Below, in pieces: positions 26,035 through 37,069 of a stretch of 64,000 bases of DNA (positions are counted from its first letter, which is position 1; each line of letters opens with the position of its first letter). A program made the translations under genes and the position numbers. Source of the DNA: a virus; IMG/VR virus record IMGVR_UViG_3300027244_000003; one strand, given 5' to 3'. A model generated the notes under the pieces. It worked only from the letters and a program-made list of their open reading frames with translations. It was not told the DNA's origin and did no database searches.

Positions 26035-29000
26035 TGTTTTATTCAGGTATTGTAGAAAACAGATCAGATCCACTTCAACTTGGTCGTTGTCAGGTTCGTA
26101 TTGTGGGATTACACACCCATGATAAAACTCAATTACCGACTAATGAATTACCATGGGCACTTCCAGTACAACAAATTGGTTCTGCTGCAATGAATGGTAT
26201 TGGTTATACTCCAGTTGGTCCAGTTGAAGGTACTACTGTTATTATTATGTTTGCTGATGAAGATCAACAACAACCAATTATACTTGGTACTATTGGTGGT
26301 ATACCACAAGCACCAACTGCTATTGATGATGATGACAACTCTAGTCCTGTAGAAGATAGCACAGAAGTTTCTAAGATAGAGTTGAGAACTATTGTTGGTC
26401 CAGTTAATGGAAAGAAATTAACATTCATAGACAAAGCAACAGGAAGAACTGATTTAACTAAAGATCTAAAAGCCAATATGAAAGTTATTGGCTTTCAGTT
26501 ACCTGAAGATACATTTATTGTTAGTGTAGATAGTGGCACTCAGATAACTATTAATAATGTAGTTGCAGGTTATGGTGAAAATATCATAACATTTAAAGAT
26601 GCACCCACTAATCTTGCAGAAGTTAATGCAAGTAAAGCACAAAATTATTTGACAGATGGCTCAGGAAAACCAGTTACTTCTGGAGATGGAACACCAATTA
26701 CCGTTGGAGAATCTCCAGTTCAACCAACGAAAACTAATCTTGCAATACCTACAAAACCACCAAAAGGTGCATCTCTAAATCCTGCTAAAGCGGAGGAAGG
26801 CATCAAAGCACTTATTGCTGCATGTGATAAAGTTGGATTAACTACCAGAGAACAGAAGTGTGCGCTGCTTGGTATTGCTGGTGGTGAGTCTGGTTGGATC
26901 CCACAATTAGAAAGTTATAATTACAGTAAAGATCGTCTGAAACAAATATTTTCTTTTGCGACTGATGCTACTGCTGAACAATATTCACAAGCATCAAAAA
27001 AGGGAATGACTAGAGCACAATTTTTCTCTTGGGTTTATGGACCAACTACACGTGGTAAAAACTTTCTTGGTAATCAAACAGATGAAGATGGTGGTAAGTA
27101 TTTCGGTCGTGGATTTATTCAGTTAACTGGTAAAGCAAACTATAAAAAGTATCAGGACATGTCAAACAAGATGGGTCTAAATTTAGATCTTATCAATAAT
27201 CCTGACTCACTTGATACTGATATTAATACATCTGCTTTAGTTGCTGCTCTCTATATTAAAGACAGAGTGCCATCTTCTGCAAAAACAACAGATCATCCTG
27301 GATATTTTTATGCTGCTAAAAAAGCAGTTGGTGTTAACTCACCAGATATCGCAGCACGTAAATTATCTTATTATGAATATTTTTATGGAGAAGTAGCAGG
27401 TGGTGTAGTAGAAAAAGACGCAGGAACAAAAGCAGCAACACCACCAAAAGATGGATCTTCTCCAACTCCTGGACCATCTGCAGAATCTAAAAAACGAGGT
27501 TCAGATAATACTGGATTTAGAGATCCAAATAATAAGTATCCTTTAAAATCATATATTAATGAGCCAGACACAAATCGTTTGGCACGTGGTATAATTACTG
27601 GAACTGTTATAGAGAAAAAAGATTCTAATATAAAAAAGGGTGTGCCGAAAGCAGTAGATCAAGGATCATGGGATCAACCAAATAATGGCTTTGGCTCAAA
27701 ATATCCTTTCAATAAAGTTATGGAAACTGAGTCTGGTCACATTCAAGAATTTGATGATAGTCCTGGACATGAGAGAATACATACGTATCATCGCTCTGGT
27801 ACATTTACTGAGATTGATCCAAATGGAACTCAGGTAAATTATATCATTGGTGATAATTTCACACTAATGGAACGAAATGGTTCTATCCATGTGGCTGGTG
27901 AATATAATCTAACTGCTGATGGAAACGCAAATATATTCTGCAGATCAGATGCAAACATTGAAGTCTCGTCTAATGCAAATGTTCGAGTTGGAAATAATGT
28001 ATCACTTGCAGTGGCAAACGATGTAGATATTGCAGTTGGTGGTCATTTTAATGTTAAGGCAGTTGGTGATTTTAATGTTCAGGCTGCAAATATTAATCAG
28101 TTAGCTGACAGTGCTATGAAAATAGGATCGAGTGGAACTGTTGATATTAATTCTTCTGGTGTTATGAATGTTAATTATAGTCGAGGTAATTTTGGTGTTA
28201 GCGCAACAGCACCTTCTACTGTAGCAGGTACACCACCACCAGCAGGGCAACCTTTAAATCCAACTATTCCTTATTTAATTCCTCCAGAAAGAGAACTCGA
28301 ACAACAGGCTGCAGTAGAAACCCCAGAAGATTTTAATACACCAGAAGGTCGTAAGCAATCACAAATACAAACACAAAAGGGCGAGCCTAATGCTCCAGCA
28401 CCTGTTGCAACAGAAGAAGCACCAACACCAACTGGTGGAGCACAATCTAAACCAGTTGCTGCTGATTGTAAGATAATCTATACTACTAAGAATTTCACTA
28501 ATGACTATACGATATCTAAGAATTTTACATTGGGTATGTTAATGGATGGTGGTGTTAATGGAAAACATAAACTTGTTGACCAAATGCTTCAACCAACGGC
28601 TAATACACCATTAAGATTATATACTGTTCAAGAAATTGTTTGTAATTTAGCGATGAGTGCTCAGAATCTACTTGAAAATTATCTAGCTGTTCTTCCAAAC
28701 GGCATAAGTGGATATAAGAAACAATGGACTATTTCTTCTGGTTATAGATTAAAGGGTGTTGTTAGTTATGAGAGCGCAACATCAGATCACTGTAAGGGAC
28801 ACTGTTTTGATGTTTGTTTACTAGGTGCAGATGTGAGTAATAAAACATATGATCTCGTTCAGAAGATGGAACCACTAGTAACATATGATCAGATGATTTT
28901 AGAATATAGAAATCCGACTTCAGTGTGGATTCATTCTAGCTACAAAGCCCCAGGATCACCAGCAGGTGGTAATCGTAAGATGGCATTCACTATGGTAAAT

Positions 29001-29084
29001 GACACAACTTATAAACGAAATGCTAAAGGGATACCTGAGGGATTCGTCTTAATTAATCCAATACCTCCAAAGAATAAAGCATAA
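26034..29084 (+). CDS. g5: baseplate hub/spike gp5 with GH19 and C-terminal M15-like peptidase domains
   Basis: OB-fold DPL.LGR..VRI.G.H; GRGFIQLTGKANY; ESGH..EFDD.PG.ERIH; SSGYR...SDH......D...WIH.SY. Confidence 0.85.
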   Translation: MFYSGIVENRSDPLQLGRCQVRIVGLHTHDKTQLPTNELPWALPVQQIGSAAMNGIGYTPVGPVEGTTVIIMFADEDQQQPIILGTIGGIPQAPTAIDDDDNSSPVEDSTEVSKIELRTIVGPVNGKKLTFIDKATGRTDLTKDLKANMKVIGFQLPEDTFIVSVDSGTQITINNVVAGYGENIITFKDAPTNLAEVNASKAQNYLTDGSGKPVTSGDGTPITVGESPVQPTKTNLAIPTKPPKGASLNPAKAEEGIKALIAACDKVGLTTREQKCALLGIAGGESGWIPQLESYNYSKDRLKQIFSFATDATAEQYSQASKKGMTRAQFFSWVYGPTTRGKNFLGNQTDEDGGKYFGRGFIQLTGKANYKKYQDMSNKMGLNLDLINNPDSLDTDINTSALVAALYIKDRVPSSAKTTDHPGYFYAAKKAVGVNSPDIAARKLSYYEYFYGEVAGGVVEKDAGTKAATPPKDGSSPTPGPSAESKKRGSDNTGFRDPNNKYPLKSYINEPDTNRLARGIITGTVIEKKDSNIKKGVPKAVDQGSWDQPNNGFGSKYPFNKVMETESGHIQEFDDSPGHERIHTYHRSGTFTEIDPNGTQVNYIIGDNFTLMERNGSIHVAGEYNLTADGNANIFCRSDANIEVSSNANVRVGNNVSLAVANDVDIAVGGHFNVKAVGDFNVQAANINQLADSAMKIGSSGTVDINSSGVMNVNYSRGNFGVSATAPSTVAGTPPPAGQPLNPTIPYLIPPERELEQQAAVETPEDFNTPEGRKQSQIQTQKGEPNAPAPVATEEAPTPTGGAQSKPVAADCKIIYTTKNFTNDYTISKNFTLGMLMDGGVNGKHKLVDQMLQPTANTPLRLYTVQEIVCNLAMSAQNLLENYLAVLPNGISGYKKQWTISSGYRLKGVVSYESATSDHCKGHCFDVCLLGADVSNKTYDLVQKMEPLVTYDQMILEYRNPTSVWIHSSYKAPGSPAGGNRKMAFTMVNDTTYKRNAKGIPEGFVLINPIPPKNKA

Positions 29085-29380
29085 TGGCTAAGGTAACGTA
29101 TAAGGGAGCTATGTCAGATGCATCTTGTGGTTTACCTGCAAATGCATTGACTACTGAAGTATGTACCAAAAGTTTTGTAGCAGAGGGTGCTATAGGACTA
29201 GTTGGTTCTAAATTCACACAACAGCAGGTGGGAAGTAGTATACATCCTATTAGTGCTAGAAATATAAGTTCTGGTGCATCTAAAACTTTCTTTGAAGGTA
29301 AGGCTGCAGCAAGAATTGGAGATTCAATTTCTTGTGGTGATAAAGTAAAAGATGGATCTGCAAAAACGAACGTAGAGTAA
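29084..29380 (+). CDS. PAAR-domain spike tip (gp5.4-like)
   Basis: AARIGD.ISCGD motif, follows g5. Confidence 0.8.
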   Translation: MAKVTYKGAMSDASCGLPANALTTEVCTKSFVAEGAIGLVGSKFTQQQVGSSIHPISARNISSGASKTFFEGKAAARIGDSISCGDKVKDGSAKTNVE

Positions 29381-29393
29381 CCTAAATAAGAAT

Positions 29394-29786
29394 ATGGCAA
29401 GAAATACAAGAATCTTCTCTGATCTAGACTTCAATTTCACGGCTCACCCAGTGACTAAGGATTTGACACGTCGATATGGCGACAATGCCATAAAGACTGC
29501 GCTAAAAAATCTTATCCTAACCAACAACTTTGAACGACCATTTCATAGTGAAATTGGTAGTCCTATTAGACGTTTACTGTTCGAGCCAGCAACTCCTCTA
29601 CTTGCAGCTTCCCTAAAACAGGCTATTATTAATACTATTAATAACTTCGAGCCAAGAGTAGAGCTAATTAATGTAATAGTTAGCGTAGATGAAGATTCTT
29701 ATTCAGTTGGAGTTTCTATAGAATTTCAAGTTATTAATACAACAAGACCACTAACTCTTGACCTAACGCTAGAGAGAACACGATAA
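29394..29786 (+). CDS. g25: baseplate wedge gp25
   Basis: AIK..LKNLILT...ERPF....GS....LLFE, FEPRV. Confidence 0.9.
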   Translation: MARNTRIFSDLDFNFTAHPVTKDLTRRYGDNAIKTALKNLILTNNFERPFHSEIGSPIRRLLFEPATPLLAASLKQAIINTINNFEPRVELINVIVSVDEDSYSVGVSIEFQVINTTRPLTLDLTLERTR

Positions 29787-29787
29787 A

Positions 29788-31617
29788 ATGGCAAATAAAA
29801 GAATCACCGTAACAGAGTTAGACTTTGATGGTATCAAAGGAAACTTAAAGAATTTTTTAAAAGGACAGACAGAATTTCAAGATTACGATTTTGAAGGTTC
29901 TGCTATGTCAGTTTTAATAGATGTTTTAGCATACAACACGCATTATAATGCTTTGTACAATAACATGTCTATTAATGAGATGTTTCTTGATTCTGCTAGA
30001 AAACGTAACAGTGTAGTTTCTATTTCTAAGATGCTTGGTTATTCTCCAAGATCAGCAACATGTTCTCAAGCAACAGTCAATATAGTAGTTTCTGGTGGAA
30101 CTTCTTCTCCTGGAAATTTATCGTTACCTTCATATAGTCCATTCACAAGTAGTATAAATGGAAAGACATATACTTTCTATACACAGGGAACTATAACTGT
30201 GAATAGAGTAGCCAATTCATACACATTTGCTGATGTTTCTATCATTGAAGGTACTCCTCTTTCTTATCAATATAATGTTTCTGCTGGAACACGTTATGTT
30301 ATACCAAACCTTGGTATTGATCTTGCTACATTAAAGGTTAGAGTACAAGAAAATTCTTCTTCCAACGTCTATGAGACATGGTATAAAGCAGGAGAACTTG
30401 TAGATATTGATAATAGCACTCTTGCATATTGGACGAAAGAAATTGATGATGGTTTATATGAACTAACATTCGGAGATGATAATCTTGGTAAAGCACTAGA
30501 AGCTGGTAACGTAGTTCACTTAGATTATTTTGTATCTAGTTTAGAAGCACCAAATGGTGCACGATCATTCACATATAATGGATCAACTTTAATTTCTGGT
30601 GCTACTGTTGCTATTACAACAAACGATCCTGCCAATAATGGTGCTGATCGTGAAGACACAGAAAGTATTCGTTTTAATGCGCCAAGATCATATGCAGCAC
30701 AAAATCGTGCAGTAACTCCAGATGACTACAAAGCATTGATTTATTCTGCTGTTCCAGAAGCACAATCAGTAACAGTTTGGGGTGGTGAGGATAATGATCC
30801 TCCAGTATATGGCAAAACATACATTTGTGTTAAACCTAGAAATGCTAGTAAGTTAACATCAATCCAAAAGGCTAATATTATTAGTACGGTTTTGGGCAAA
30901 CGTGGTGTTGTTTCAGTTATACCAGAAATTGTAGATCCAGAATATATTAATATTGCTTTACATGTAACTGTTTATTATAACGAACAAACAACAACAAAAA
31001 CATCAGATGAAATTGCTAGTCGAGTTAGAACAGCAGTCATGGAATATAATAATACAGATCTCCAAACTTTCGATGGTGTTTTTAGATTCTCTAAATTGAG
31101 TAAACTTATAGATGAAACAGATACATCTATCGTAAATAATATTACAACTGTTCTTCTTCGTAGACAACTAACTCCAAGATATAATGTACGTGCTCAGTAT
31201 ATTCTTAATATGATTAACCCTATTTTGAGTACTGGGCTTCCAGAAAATGCTTTTAGTAGTACTGGTTTTTATATTTCTGGTTCGGATCAAATTCACTATC
31301 TTGACGATGATGGTGTTAAATATGTTCGTCTTTGGAGATATGGCGATAATGGTATTAAAATTATTGTAGACAATCAATTGGGAACTATTGATTATGCCAA
31401 AGGATATGTTGATATACGCAATCTAAATATTGTTGCACTAGCAGATATTGATTTAGAAATTTCAATTCGTCCGCTATCCAATGATGTAGTTTCAGCACTT
31501 ACACAAATTGCAGAAATTGCAACTGACCACTTATACATAACAGCTATTGCGGATAAAACTGCTTCTGGGGATTTACGTGGTGGTTATAACTATACATTCG
31601 CTTCAAGTAGATCATAA
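29788..31617 (+). CDS. g6: baseplate wedge gp6
   Basis: LDFD.IK.NLK.FL, DYDFEGS, LAYNTHYN, QNRAVT..DY, WGGED. Confidence 0.92.
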   Translation: MANKRITVTELDFDGIKGNLKNFLKGQTEFQDYDFEGSAMSVLIDVLAYNTHYNALYNNMSINEMFLDSARKRNSVVSISKMLGYSPRSATCSQATVNIVVSGGTSSPGNLSLPSYSPFTSSINGKTYTFYTQGTITVNRVANSYTFADVSIIEGTPLSYQYNVSAGTRYVIPNLGIDLATLKVRVQENSSSNVYETWYKAGELVDIDNSTLAYWTKEIDDGLYELTFGDDNLGKALEAGNVVHLDYFVSSLEAPNGARSFTYNGSTLISGATVAITTNDPANNGADREDTESIRFNAPRSYAAQNRAVTPDDYKALIYSAVPEAQSVTVWGGEDNDPPVYGKTYICVKPRNASKLTSIQKANIISTVLGKRGVVSVIPEIVDPEYINIALHVTVYYNEQTTTKTSDEIASRVRTAVMEYNNTDLQTFDGVFRFSKLSKLIDETDTSIVNNITTVLLRRQLTPRYNVRAQYILNMINPILSTGLPENAFSSTGFYISGSDQIHYLDDDGVKYVRLWRYGDNGIKIIVDNQLGTIDYAKGYVDIRNLNIVALADIDLEISIRPLSNDVVSALTQIAEIATDHLYITAIADKTASGDLRGGYNYTFASSRS

Positions 31618-31629
31618 TTAGTTAATAAA

Positions 31630-33951
31630 ATGGCAATCACAAAACCGCAGTTAAAGTCGCTGGTCAAATCCCAGCTACCAGAATTCGTAAGAGAAGAGTA
31701 CGACACATTCGTACAATTCCTACAAGCATATTATGAATTTCTTGAAACGACTCAGGTAAATTTAAATACGACACGTGATTTAGATAACACATTAGAAAGT
31801 TTTGTTAGTTATTTTAAAAATGAGTTAGCTGCTAAACTTCCTTATTCTACTATAGATGAGAGATTTTTATTACAACATATTAAAGATCATTATCGTGCTA
31901 AAGGTTCTGAGAACTCATTTAAACTTTTATTCAGGATTCTTTTCAATAAGGAAGTTACACTAGACTATCCATCGAAACAGATGCTACGTGCATCAGATGG
32001 TAAATGGAATCAAGATGTATCAGTATTCGTTAGAATCATTCAAGGAAACCCAAACGATATCGTCGGTAAACTTGTTGATGTTGTAACAACTACTAAAATC
32101 ATTCGTGTCTTAGTTGATCGTCGTCAGTATGTTGAGGTAGAAGTAGATCGTGCAATTCGAATCTCTGATGATGTTTATGAGTTTATCATAGATCGTCGTT
32201 TCTTCGGTAATATTTCTGTCGGTGATAGATTACGTTATCGAGATGATGCCAATGGCATTTTCTTTAATGGTACGATCTTAACTACAACAGCTAGCCTTAT
32301 AATTCAACAACCTGGAACTGGATTTAAAGTAGGTGATTTATATAATGTTAAAAACTTTGATGGTTATGGATCTATATTAAAAGTTTCAGGTGTAACATCA
32401 ACAGGTGGTATGGCATCTGCTGTTTTTATTAAATATGGTATTGGATATACCACTGACTTTACTACTACAATTTCTTCTACAAGTGGTCAGGATGTAGCTG
32501 GTACTGCAGGAACAATTATTCAGCGTGTAGATTCTATAGTTGGTGGGGTTAATACATTAAGTACATTAACCATATCAGAAGGTATGGATGGCTTCTCTGA
32601 GAGTGGAACATTCAGTGTGGCAGACTATAACCAACAGGTACCAGCAGATTCTAACTATGCGACTGGACCAGCAATAGATGGAACTTATGCTGGTCTTGTT
32701 GTTCGTGAATTTGGTATTAGTTCTGTAGATTCTCAAGCATCTACAACTGAACCAGCTATTCTTAAAGTTACTCTTGGACCACTTGCAAAATATCCAGGTT
32801 ATTATATTAATAATGATGGATTCTTGGATGATGCAATTTATATCCAAGATAGTCGTTACTATCAATCATACTCTTATGTTATTAAGATTGATGAAGCATT
32901 AGACAGTTACAAAACCGCTGTTAAGAATTTAATTCACCCCGCTGGTATGGCAATTTTCGGTGAATATGATATTCGAAATGAATTTAATGTCGGTATTACT
33001 TTGGAGTCTATGTTAAAGATTCTAAACGTAACTGTGAACGATTCGTTCATGCTTGGCGATACTACTGGAACATTATTCACTAGAACTGTCCCGTATTTAA
33101 ATTTATCAAAACCGATTGATGATACTACATTAAATTATGATAATTACGCTGATGGACATTCTGTAACTATAACAGAAATTGGATATGCGAGTGATTTAAC
33201 GAGAACACTTCCGTATCTTGATTTATCAAAACCAATTAATAGTACTACATTAAATTATGGTTTAGTCACAGAATCGCAGGATGTAACTCCAAGCGAACTT
33301 ACATCTACATATGCTGATGCTAGCACTCGTTTGGGTGCAAATATATTTGACTTCTCCAAGAGTTTAAGTCTTGGACACTTTATTAACAATGGAACTACGA
33401 CAGACGATGAATCTGTTATAATGACTGAAACTGGTTATACTGCAGATCTTGGTAGAACTCTACCAATTTTAAATGTTTCTAAGTTACTTTATAACAACAC
33501 ATTTAACTATGATAATGTATTAGACGATAATACAGCGACTATGACAGAAGTTGATTATGCTGGTATTCTAGGAACCAGACTTGGCATTTCAGCAATTGAT
33601 AGTAATAAAGTACTAAGTGCTGGACATTATTTACTTGATGGTTCATCTACAGATACTGAAACTGCCACTATGCTGGATACAGATGCCTCAAGCGCATCTG
33701 ACCTAAATAGAACAAACCCTGCATTCTCTTTAACAACTACCCTAAATAGTCAGTACTACATTGTTGGTACTGCTACATATGCTGGCGATAATAGTATTAC
33801 TTTACCCACTGGTGGTGAGAGTGGTGTTTTAGATCTTAACCCATATGCTGCAGGAGATTATTTCTTGCATGACGATGGTTTATACGTTGGAGTTCTATAT
33901 GTTGCAGGGCAAGGATACGGATATCAGACCTTTACTGGGGCTGGTGTATAA
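31630..33951 (+). CDS. g7: baseplate wedge gp7-like with C-terminal repeats
   Basis: QLPEFV, Y.AKGS..SF..LFR.LF, QDS.YYQ.YSYVIK, HPAG. Confidence 0.75.
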   Translation: MAITKPQLKSLVKSQLPEFVREEYDTFVQFLQAYYEFLETTQVNLNTTRDLDNTLESFVSYFKNELAAKLPYSTIDERFLLQHIKDHYRAKGSENSFKLLFRILFNKEVTLDYPSKQMLRASDGKWNQDVSVFVRIIQGNPNDIVGKLVDVVTTTKIIRVLVDRRQYVEVEVDRAIRISDDVYEFIIDRRFFGNISVGDRLRYRDDANGIFFNGTILTTTASLIIQQPGTGFKVGDLYNVKNFDGYGSILKVSGVTSTGGMASAVFIKYGIGYTTDFTTTISSTSGQDVAGTAGTIIQRVDSIVGGVNTLSTLTISEGMDGFSESGTFSVADYNQQVPADSNYATGPAIDGTYAGLVVREFGISSVDSQASTTEPAILKVTLGPLAKYPGYYINNDGFLDDAIYIQDSRYYQSYSYVIKIDEALDSYKTAVKNLIHPAGMAIFGEYDIRNEFNVGITLESMLKILNVTVNDSFMLGDTTGTLFTRTVPYLNLSKPIDDTTLNYDNYADGHSVTITEIGYASDLTRTLPYLDLSKPINSTTLNYGLVTESQDVTPSELTSTYADASTRLGANIFDFSKSLSLGHFINNGTTTDDESVIMTETGYTADLGRTLPILNVSKLLYNNTFNYDNVLDDNTATMTEVDYAGILGTRLGISAIDSNKVLSAGHYLLDGSSTDTETATMLDTDASSASDLNRTNPAFSLTTTLNSQYYIVGTATYAGDNSITLPTGGESGVLDLNPYAAGDYFLHDDGLYVGVLYVAGQGYGYQTFTGAGV

Positions 33952-33975
33952 TAAATCACTCAATAGGAGATTCTT

Positions 33976-34443
33976 ATGAATTTAAACGAACAAGATATAA
34001 AAGCAACAGGACATGTAGAAATTGTTGTTACCGATAAACAAGGCAAGATTAAAGAAACACGTAGTGTAAAGAATCTCGTTATGACTGTTGGTAAAGCATA
34101 TATTGCACAACGTATGACTTCTGGTTCTACGCAGATTATGAACACAATGGCCATTGGTGTTGGAACTACAACCCCAGCTGCTACTCAGACTGCTTTGTCA
34201 TCTGAGGCTGGTCGTGTTGCGACTTCTTCTTTCTCTGCAGGTGGTACTTCTGGTAATGAAGTTACTGCGACTGCTACATTTCCAGCTGGTACTGGTACTG
34301 GATCTATTACTGAAGCGGGAATTTTTAACCCATCTTCAGCTGGTGCAGCTGCTGGTACTATGATGTGTCGTACAACCTTCCCAGTTGTTAGTAAAGCTGC
34401 TGGTGATTCTATCGCCATCACATGGAAAGTTACTGTATCCTAA
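33976..34443 (+). CDS. putative baseplate/tail structural protein
   Basis: KNLV...G, A.G.GTT, ITEAGIF, I.ITW.VT pattern. Confidence 0.6.
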   Translation: MNLNEQDIKATGHVEIVVTDKQGKIKETRSVKNLVMTVGKAYIAQRMTSGSTQIMNTMAIGVGTTTPAATQTALSSEAGRVATSSFSAGGTSGNEVTATATFPAGTGTGSITEAGIFNPSSAGAAAGTMMCRTTFPVVSKAAGDSIAITWKVTVS

Positions 34444-34458
34444 ACTAGGAAAATCTAA

Positions 34459-37035
34459 ATGGCATCACTACTGAAATCACCATTACACAATTCGATTGCA
34501 GAAGGGTTGTATAATGAACTTCAGAATCGTACATCACGATACTATTATTTCTTAGGAAAATCTCTCAGTTGGACAGATTCGGATACACCTCCACTGCCTA
34601 TTGATAGTTTTGACTATGAGTTACAAACACGTAACGAAATAATTACAATGAAGGAGATAAAGTCCACAGACGTGGCTTTCGTCATTCTACGCAGAGACTG
34701 GATTTCTGGTACAATCTATGATATGTATGATGATCAATATAGTGATGAACTGCAAGGTATTAATTTAATCTCTGGTGGATATGGTTATTCAGATACACCA
34801 AGTGTAACTATTACTGGTGGTGGTGGTACAGGTGCTACAGCAACAGCACAACTAACAGATGGATTCGTTACATCAATAATTTTATCTTCTCGTGGCAGAG
34901 GTTATACAACTGCTCCAACAGTTAATATTTTAGGTGGTGGTGGAGAAGGTGCTGCTGCACTTGGTGTTATCACTAAAGCACCTTCTGGAACTCAAAAATT
35001 AGAAGACACTAACTGTTATGTAATGACAGATGAATACAACGTATATAAATGTCTCGATAACAACAATAATGCGATTTCTACTTACAAACCAATTGGTACT
35101 GTTGTAGATCCTGTTATCATGCCAGACGGATATATGTGGAAATATTTGTATAGTATTCCAATTGCATTGCGCAATAAATTCTTGACTGATGTCTATATGC
35201 CTGTTGTTAATGCATTAAGATCTCAGTTTTATTCTGATGGCGAAATCCTAAACATAGTTGTTGAGAATGGTGGGCAGAATTATACCACAGCAAGCATTTC
35301 AGTTGCTGGTGATGGATATAGAGCATCAGATCCTCTATTACTAACTGGTGTTAATATAACTACTGGAGGTACTGGATATAGTGGTGGAGCCACATGTTTA
35401 ATGACTCCTCCTTTCAATGGTGCAAATAACTGGGTTGCTAACATAGGTATTCTTCTTGGACAATTGGTGGAGCATGATAATAACATTTATATTGCAACTC
35501 TTACTGGCACCACAGCAACTCCTGCCCCATCTCATAAATCTGGAATTGTTGCCAATGGAACTGCAGCACTAAAATATATTGGTTCAAGAGTAACTGGTAC
35601 ACCAATAGTTTCTAGTGGTGTAATAACTGGTGTTACTCTTAATGGTAGTATTTATGATATTACTATGGCGACTTCTGGATCAGGATATACATCTGCTCCA
35701 GCTGTAACATTAATTGGTGGAGGTGGTTCTGGATTTGTTGGTTCTTCAATTATGAGTGGTACTTCTGTACAAAGAGTATACATAACTAATTCTGGAATAA
35801 ATTTTACTAGCGTTCCAACTGTAAGATTTGGAACTTTATTTACAAATTCTACTGTATATACTGTTGGACAACAGGTATACTTTTCAACTAGATTATATAC
35901 TGTGACTGGTGCAGGAACATCCCATGCATCTACTACACCGAGCCACACTTCTGGAGCAGTTGTTAATGGAACTGCTACATTAACATATGTTGGCTCTCCT
36001 GCAACTGGTACTGCTACTCTAAAATATGGTGCTGGTTATTCTACACTACCATCTATATCGTTCTCTCCGATTTCAGGTGGGGCTGGTGGAACAGGTTATT
36101 TTGCAGGTATAAAATCTGAAGCCAAACTAATTCCTATATTAAACAATGGACAGATTTATGGTGTGCAGATTGACGATGGTGGTGTTGGATATACATATGC
36201 TAACTTAACTGTTACTGGTAATGGTACTCTTGCTTCTCTAACTGCAGATCTATCTCCAGGTGATATTAATACACTTCAAGCGAATACTGAATTGTTGACA
36301 CCTGATGGTCGTATTATGGCTTACCCAGTTATTTCTGGGGGTTTTGGATACGGTGGTGCTCCTACTGTTACTGTTACTGGTGATGGTACAGGGGCTAGTG
36401 CAACAGCTACTGTTGTAAATGGGGCTGTTAAAAAGTTAATTGTTGTTGATTATGGTACTGGTTATCGTTGGGCAAATGTTTCTATAACAGGTTCTGGATA
36501 TGGAGCATCAGCTAGAGCAGTTCGTGCGCCATATGGTGGCCATGGTAAAGATCCAATTACTGGTATGTTTGCCAATACATTGATGTTTTATACTAATATT
36601 TCTAAAGATAAAAATCAAGGATTTGATGTTAATAATGACTTCAGACAACTTGGTATAATTAAAAACCCCAGACAGTTTGGTTCTTATGGAAACCTAAAAA
36701 GTGCGCTAGCATCTGCATGCTATGTTGTAACTGCTTCTATGAACACTACATATTTTACACAAGATATGCAAGTAAGACTTGGTACTCTAACTGGACCAAG
36801 ATTTACAATTGTTGCACTAACAACAACTTCTTGTTTACTTCAATCTATAGATAATGCTGTTCCTGCTGTTGGGTCTGTATTTCTAAATTCTGTGGCACAA
36901 ACATTTAGTGCAGCTGGTGTCACTACTCCAACGGCAGATAAATACTCAGGACACATCTTGTTTATTGATAATAAACAAGCATTTACTCCTACAGCAGACC
37001 AGACTGTTACTTTGAGAACTGTTATAAAATTCTAA
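34459..37035 (+). CDS. g8: baseplate wedge gp8 with inserted modules
   Basis: W.SGT.YDMY, YV.T..YNVYKCL.N, DGY.WKYLY, DFRQ.GII.NP. Confidence 0.85.
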   Translation: MASLLKSPLHNSIAEGLYNELQNRTSRYYYFLGKSLSWTDSDTPPLPIDSFDYELQTRNEIITMKEIKSTDVAFVILRRDWISGTIYDMYDDQYSDELQGINLISGGYGYSDTPSVTITGGGGTGATATAQLTDGFVTSIILSSRGRGYTTAPTVNILGGGGEGAAALGVITKAPSGTQKLEDTNCYVMTDEYNVYKCLDNNNNAISTYKPIGTVVDPVIMPDGYMWKYLYSIPIALRNKFLTDVYMPVVNALRSQFYSDGEILNIVVENGGQNYTTASISVAGDGYRASDPLLLTGVNITTGGTGYSGGATCLMTPPFNGANNWVANIGILLGQLVEHDNNIYIATLTGTTATPAPSHKSGIVANGTAALKYIGSRVTGTPIVSSGVITGVTLNGSIYDITMATSGSGYTSAPAVTLIGGGGSGFVGSSIMSGTSVQRVYITNSGINFTSVPTVRFGTLFTNSTVYTVGQQVYFSTRLYTVTGAGTSHASTTPSHTSGAVVNGTATLTYVGSPATGTATLKYGAGYSTLPSISFSPISGGAGGTGYFAGIKSEAKLIPILNNGQIYGVQIDDGGVGYTYANLTVTGNGTLASLTADLSPGDINTLQANTELLTPDGRIMAYPVISGGFGYGGAPTVTVTGDGTGASATATVVNGAVKKLIVVDYGTGYRWANVSITGSGYGASARAVRAPYGGHGKDPITGMFANTLMFYTNISKDKNQGFDVNNDFRQLGIIKNPRQFGSYGNLKSALASACYVVTASMNTTYFTQDMQVRLGTLTGPRFTIVALTTTSCLLQSIDNAVPAVGSVFLNSVAQTFSAAGVTTPTADKYSGHILFIDNKQAFTPTADQTVTLRTVIKF

Positions 37036-37069
37036 TAAATAATAGTAACTAACATAAAGAAGAAAAAGA

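Noticed and set aside
29053-29409. Minus-strand 118-aa ORF
   Set aside because: Overlaps the PAAR gene, which fits synteny
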